DNA of 61,654 bases, the filler included, from Sluysia triapertura (taxonomy: Eukaryota): assembly GCA_046118255.1 (NCBI GenBank). It is 5 parts of 5 records of this genome, joined end to end, with 100 filler letters (N's around TTAATTAATTAA, not from the genome) between each part and the next. Parts side by side here need not be neighbours in the genome. Positions count along the whole stretch, not along the records: positions 49,790 to 61,654 come from JBJNIA010162485.1; 4 more parts are not named here. One strand, 5' to 3'. A program made the position numbers and the translations under genes. The notes under the pieces are model-generated. The model did not search any database. It was not told the DNA's origin and was given only the letters and a program-made list of their open reading frames with translations. Shown here in pieces: positions 55,115-61,654 of the stretch (positions are counted from its first letter, which is position 1; each line of letters begins with the position of its first letter).

Positions 55115-57701
55115 GTTTGATTATTTTATTTGCTTTATTTGCCGATTTTTTTATAAAATATTTTATTCAACAAAAGAGTAATTCTACCTTCATGGTATTT
55201 TGACATACGTGATGTAATTTCGATAAGTTATCTATCAATAAAAGAAAATATGAAGTGAGTCCATCTACGATACGGCTAATCTATAGGGTTTAGAAAAATA
55301 TAAATCGTGGAAAGATAATAGAAGTCAAGTATATCTAAAAATTACTCTGAGTCTACATTGATCAGCTTAGCCATTAATTAACGAATTTTGAGTTAATGAC
55401 TTTTTGATTCTAGTTTGCCTTTAGGCGAGATTAATAATAATAATGCTCCACGAATTCAATTTCCGCGTTTTTAAATAAAACCTATAATAAAAGGTAATTT
55501 TAGAAAATTCATATGAAATATCGAATAATATTGCAATAGTAAAGATTCTATATAATTTAGTAAATTTTATTTTTTGATCCAAGTTAAAAGGATCAAATGC
55601 AAAAATCAATTTTGAATAACTCAATTAAAGATAAACTATATCGTAACATAAATAACTTATGCAACAATTTTAATACTAATCTATAAAAATTTGCAATATA
55701 ATTAAAACTGGATAATACAATAGATTTTAAATAATCAATAATATGATTTTATTCTAGTAATAATGATATTATCAATTTTATCAAGATTATTCGAAAATAA
55801 TAATCGTTGCATAATAGTTTGATTTAAAATTTAGAGTAAAGTATTTACGAAAAATGATTTTAAGTCTATTTATCAACACAATTTTAAATTAGCAAAAAGA
55901 CTTAAGAGAATAAAAACTAACGATTAAACAATTACAAAAAGTTCTGTTAGTAGAAAATCACGATTTCCAATCCAGAGAATATGATAACAGAGTGGTGGTA
56001 AGTTAATCGGATGGATACTTTGAGTTTGTAAAAGAAAATTAATAAATGATTGAAATCAACTTTTTGTTTTGTGATTCTAGTTGTGTAGCCATTAATATAT
56101 CAAATTTACATTTGACTTTAAAAGGTCTAGTTATCATATGATTAATGTTTAAATGATTATAGTACTTTTATAGTACTTTTATATTTTTAAGGTATTTTCT
56201 ATCTAATTCAATTTTATAAAGTACTTTTAAAATGTAAATAAATTTGTGATAATATCAAAATAAATTACTACTAATAATAATATTTACATAGTTATTAATA
56301 CAAAATATTATATATTCAAGATAATTAAAATATATATAATTTTACATATTTACATAATTATCTACATAATATTCACATAATTGTTAATAATATAATACAT
56401 AATTACAATAACAAATAATAAGTAATAAGCAACGTTTCCTTACGCATACTCATTAGCTTATGCAAGTAGCAAAAGTATAATTGTATTGTAATTTTATTAA
56501 TTAAATATCTCGCAAATAATCGATCATATAGAATTAAATTTTTCAGGTATTAAAGCAAATGTTAATGTCATTTTATTTTTACTTTCATAAATTTTTTTAA
56601 GTTAAAAGAAACTGTAAAATTATAAAAATCTATAAAAAAAAATATCGCATCCAATTATATATGGATATTTCAATAATTTATAAAAAGCATTTTTTTCTAA
56701 TCGCAAAAGTTTAATATAACTCGAAAGAAAATATTGTTCTATTCAAGGAAATAAATCGTCAAGCGGGTTCCGAACACTCTCTTAGAGATTGTTGTAGTTA
56801 TGGGGGGTCTGTCTATATGTAATTATTTCCAAAATTTTAGATGCGTTTGAAAAATAACAAAACGCAACGAAATTGATACACCACCTAAACGGTTAGTTAT
56901 CTCAATGGAAGTATATACAAGGCAATTGCTGGTCAATGTAAATGAAAATATGAACGAATTGAATAATATCACTGATCTTGATGTAAAAATAGGTATTTTC
57001 AGTTTCTATCCAAGTTATTTTTATTTATCTGTTAAGGAAACTAAGAAAGTGTCACTCTATGAATATATAGAAAATATTTACGAATATTTTCAAATTACCC
57101 ACTGAATGTTGCCTACTTGAAACATCTTTCTATTGGAAGAAAGTACGCGCTGTCTTAAGGAAATATGAAATATATGTATGTGAGTGTGCATGTAGTTATT
57201 CTTATTGCTGTTTCATTAAATATTAATATTTAAACTATTAATTAAATTACATAAATGTGTTTATGGTTTGACATTTCCTTATCGATCTATTTATCACGTG
57301 TTAGAAATAAGCATGCTTTTTAAGAATTACCAAAATAATTATTTAACAATATATCAATGGTGCATGGTAATATTTTATTAAGAGGAAGAATTTTCAAAAT
57401 GGCATATTCGTTTCTGCATTACAAAAGTGTCAACATTTTCTGCTCATTTAATACATCATAAGTCTTTGATGCCAAGTGTCACTTTTGTATTTAGAAATTC
57501 ATAAGTTGTATAAAATATAATAATTATGCATTCTGAATAATATTCATTCCTAATATTTATCAGAAGTTGAACTCAATCTTTAGCTTAGTTTAATCTATAG
57601 AGTAATACAATTGTTTATATTAATTGGTTTTGTTTTAGCAAAATGTTTTATACTATGATGCAAAACTATTTAAAAGTAAATAATAGGTAAATAAATATTA
57701 G

Positions 57702-58468
57702 GAGCATGTCAAATGGGAGGAATGATATGGGTAGCAGCTGGTTATGATGGTAATCGATTACTGAACACAGTAGAGGCGTATAACAAGTATGGTTTATTTC
57801 AATTAAAAACAAACAAATCACTAAATCTTGAAATAACAGAAGCCAATAGGAATGATAATAGTTCAGCTAGTGGTTGTGTAACTGTTACAGCAAACAATTG
57901 GACAACTTTCAAAAATTGTCCCATGCGTAATGAACGATGTGATACTGGAATGTGTATAGTCCATCTTTTTCAATTGGCTGAACCACCATTACGTTCTCTA
58001 CAATCTTCACAATATAGTGCATCAATTACTAGTCCATTACCTATATCTGCCCCAAGTACTCGCCTTGCAACTGCATTTGCAACTGACTCACCAACGACTG
58101 AAATTCCATCCCGTTCATATGCACATTTGCATTACCATTTTCATCCTCAACATTCACTGTTTCCGCAAACATCAGCACCTCCATTTAACAGTCAGTCCGG
58201 TCAGCCAGTACCTCCAGTTCATTCCGTTACTACTATGAATACTAATAGTACTCCTTCAGCTAATGCAACAGCAGCTTCTTTAAATGTACGAGATTTTTCA
58301 TTTATTCACCATTCATTGTTTGATTCTTCAAATCCGGGAAGGAACACTCCTCTTTCTATATCTCGTAGCATAGATACCAACAATACATCATCGAGTACAA
58401 TTTCGTATCCACTTTCTTTTGATGAATCCGGAGCTAACGAAGAAGTAGAAGGTCGAGGTGGGCCTCAG
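57702..58468 (+). CDS. KLHL12: KLHL12-like, last kelch repeat plus long Ser/Pro/Thr-rich extension
   Basis: Joins 55114 in frame (G+GA). ACQMGGMIWVAAGYDGNRLLNTVEAYN...W...MRNERCDTGMCIV. Donor CAG|gtatta at 58469. Confidence 0.88.
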
Positions 58469-58534
58469 GTATTAGTTATTTTAGTTTTAATACTTTTTTG
58501 TAATTTATAACTTCTTGTTTATTTTCATCACCAG

Positions 58535-58543
58535 GTAACATAA
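58535..58543 (+). CDS. Probable terminal coding exon of the KLHL12-like gene (V-T-stop)
   Basis: Pyrimidine-rich acceptor ...catcaccag ends at 58534 (66-bp intron); GTA ACA TAA; AATAAA near 58565. Confidence 0.5.
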   Translation, partial: VT

Positions 58544-61500
58544 ATATTGAAGTCTATTTTAATTAATAAAGACATTGTAATATAAAAATTTATAAAATTA
58601 AAATTTTGCATAGTAAAATTTGAGATAGCTATTTCCTATTAGTGTTGTTAAATATACTCACACTACTACCTTTTTAACCAAAACTAATTATTTCATGGTT
58701 TTATACTCAAATTTGTATAAATGTTGAAAACATATTTAAAAATATTTGAACCGTCAACACATAATTTATTGAAAGTTATTGGTACAATGTTTACTGGCGC
58801 ATTAAAATTGTATTTATAGAAATTCCCTTTTTGATTCTTTAATGAGCATAATATATTTTTAATTCCTCATGTTATCACATAAAACTGTATATTGTATTGA
58901 GCAAAATATTTGTTGAATAGTTTCTAACTACCGTAAACTTTTGTCTTGTAAATTAAACGCTTATGCTAAATCTTTAAAATTTATATGCTATTTTTTTGCC
59001 TTGTAAATTACGTTATTGAACTTTTGGAAATTTAAATGTGTCTGAATGCTATTTTATATTTTATAAATTTTTGACTTTACTTATTTCTAATAATAATTTC
59101 GATTTTCTTAATAATATTATCACTTTTTGCTACAATGTAAAATTTTGTTGCTAAACTCAAGTTTTAAATAATATTTATATTTTTTAATTATCTTCTTAAA
59201 CATTATGTATTATATTATTTACTTAGATAAATTAATATACTCGTCCTTGGCGTTCAGGATAGGAGGACTTAATAGTTAATTCGATTGTTTAATTAGATCC
59301 TTAATACTAACCGCCAATATCAAATTCCTGCAACTGTCCCATTTTAGTTAATTTTCACACCTTATCTAGGAGTGTGAATTCATATACTCGTTTCGATGGT
59401 TTGAAATAGTAGTGCTTAATAAAATTCTTTAATGTTTAACCTCTAAGATATTAATTGATCGTGAACTTTATTAAATATTTTGGTGATTGCTTTTTATTTA
59501 ATTAGCATAACTTAGTTATACTGGCTCTACTATCAACCCCTTTAATTAACTTTATTCAAAAAAAGAATGCACAATAATCGTTTAATTCTAAGAGAATTTG
59601 TCAAATATATGAATTAATTTTATTAAGATCAAAATCACTGAGTTCATGAATTTTTTTACTGGTAATGTTATAAATACAATTAGTATTATTAAATATTTAT
59701 TAAACAACACAATTTGAACTTTATTTTCATCACAGTGAAATTTATAAATATATAATTAGTTTTAAACTAAAAACAGTTCTTACCTTAATAAAAATTACGA
59801 GCCGATATTTTCAACTGGTTAATATGGCCAAAAATGAGTTTGTGTCTTCCACAGTTCGTTCTTAGTGTTTTTAAATTAAATTTTAAAATTCAGTAATGGT
59901 TGCTTATATACTATTTCATCCAACTGATTTAAATCCACAATTAATGTTAATTATTGAATAAATTGAAATTCAATATTATACGATACACAATTAATGTTAA
60001 TATATTATATTAATTATAATCTACACGAATTATCAATTTATCAAAAAATGTACTAAGTAATTAAACCAGTAAAATAAATTCAATGTCTTAATATGACATC
60101 AATTGAATTATGTATAAATAATTAAACAATTACATAAATAATTAAATGGTATATTGTACAAAGTAATTGAACCAATTCACAAAATAAAATTAAAATGTAC
60201 ACGAATAATTATGTTAGTTCAGAAACTATTTTTAGCCAACTAATTGTACATGTGGTTATGTGTCTTTAAAAATTTGATTTCATACTACGGTTATTGATTC
60301 TTAATTTAACATGATTTTATTCGATTATAATGATCTTAAATTTTGATTACATATAATTTGTCTTATTATATTCTACATTATGCTTTTAAGATAACTCTCA
60401 TGGGATTTTATATTCTTAAAATAAGATCTCATATTACTGTTATTGATTCTTATTTAAGATGATTTATTGACTACAATAATAAGGTTTGATGTTTATATAT
60501 TTTAATTTCATATTGTATTTATAGAATCTCACTTTAAAATGATTATTTATACATTTTCACTTTAAATTTAATTTTTACTTGTTATTAAATTTTGAATTTA
60601 TATTAGCTATATGTAATCTCATTTTAAATTGATACTAATGCATTATAATCTTAATAATATTTTAACCATTATTTTATTAAAAATGAGTTTATTTTAAAAT
60701 GAAGAATAAGCATTATGTTTATATATTATTATATTTTACACTACTAGATGGTTTATAAGAAAAAAGCATTCCTTGATTTTAAAACATTTCCATAAGTTTA
60801 TCGTAAGTAAATAATTTTATTCGAATTCAACTTTATGCTTCACTTTTTTTATTAATTTACTTGTACTCATTAATTCTAAATCTTTGTAGATTATCTCGTA
60901 AGTTTAAATTATACTCGATTTTATTGAATAAGTGTTTATTCAACTTGACTTTTAACTCTGAACTTTTACTTGAAAATTTTATTAATCAAATTAATTTATT
61001 ATGTAGTGTCTTTATATCTTTAAGATAGAAATAGAAGTGTAACATTTTATAAATGTATAAATATTCAAATCCCTTTACTAACCGTAACGTATTCTAACGC
61101 TTAATTTATGTATAAACTTTAATATTACAATATGTTCATAAAAATAAAAATAAACTTGATTTTAATTTATAAAGTTGGTTCATCTCTATATTTTAGACTT
61201 TTATTATTATGTAATTATGTACTTTTACCTCGTTTTTTGATTGTCACAGGTGGCAATGCTAAGTTCAGTATGAGTTTGAGTTAATTTCCGTGAAGATCTA
61301 AATCAAGTTTTTATAGAATATTTATTTACCCTTAAAACAATAAATAATACTTGAAAAAAATGAGTATTCCACTTAATGAAATATTTACCAAGGTTAGTGA
61401 ATTTAAATTTGACTTTGCTTTTATTTTAATTTTAAATTTAATTCATTTTTTTAATTTAGAACACTGAACTTATTATAAACTATCCAAATGAATAATCAAA

Positions 61501-61579
61501 ACTAAAATTGTCCGAACTAAAATGACACATTCAAATAAAATTTTTTACTCAAGTTACTTAACGTTCACATAAAATGGTT

Positions 61580-61654
61580 TAACAGTCGCACGGTAGAGCT
61601 TTTTTTGCGACACTTTTGGTAGAGGGGGGGTCCAATGGACTCCGCTTAGAAATA
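61580..61654 (+). mobile_element. Possible terminus of a TTAA-targeting DNA transposon
   Basis: TTAA followed by abruptly GC-rich sequence with repeated GGTAGAG and quasi-palindromic GGGGTCCAATGGACTCC; the partner end would lie outside the window. Confidence 0.3.

Overview
Very AT-rich animal (invertebrate) genomic DNA with spliceosomal GT-AG introns, joined across four 100-bp N-TTAATTAATTAA-N linkers and one plain gap, so adjacency across gaps is not guaranteed. Recognisable host genes: two phase-compatible exons (TM4-TM6) of a CCK/sulfakinin-type GPCR (847-8040, +) and the 3' exons of a KLHL12-like kelch gene (54894-58543, +). Also present: an intact but incomplete, short-intron ATP7 copper-ATPase fragment in a visibly GC-richer island (22938-24261, -), a decayed intronless twitchin/titin Ig segment (~37.2-37.8 kb), a few unassigned exons, and transposon relics (Tigger/pogo, Tc1, piggyBac-like, L2 LINE, Gypsy). 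The most unusual feature is at 38.1-47.1 kb. Three apparently unrelated genes (an intact 545-aa orphan ORF and two decayed ORFs, one BEN/DUF4806-like) each carry the same ordered upstream cassette: a strand-skewed tract, a shared motif, an AAT-rich tract, then a TGACAG/CCAAT-rich region with an inverted repeat. This suggests a co-regulated module or an undescribed mobile or virus-like element. All family assignments come from motif recognition by eye; no searches were run.
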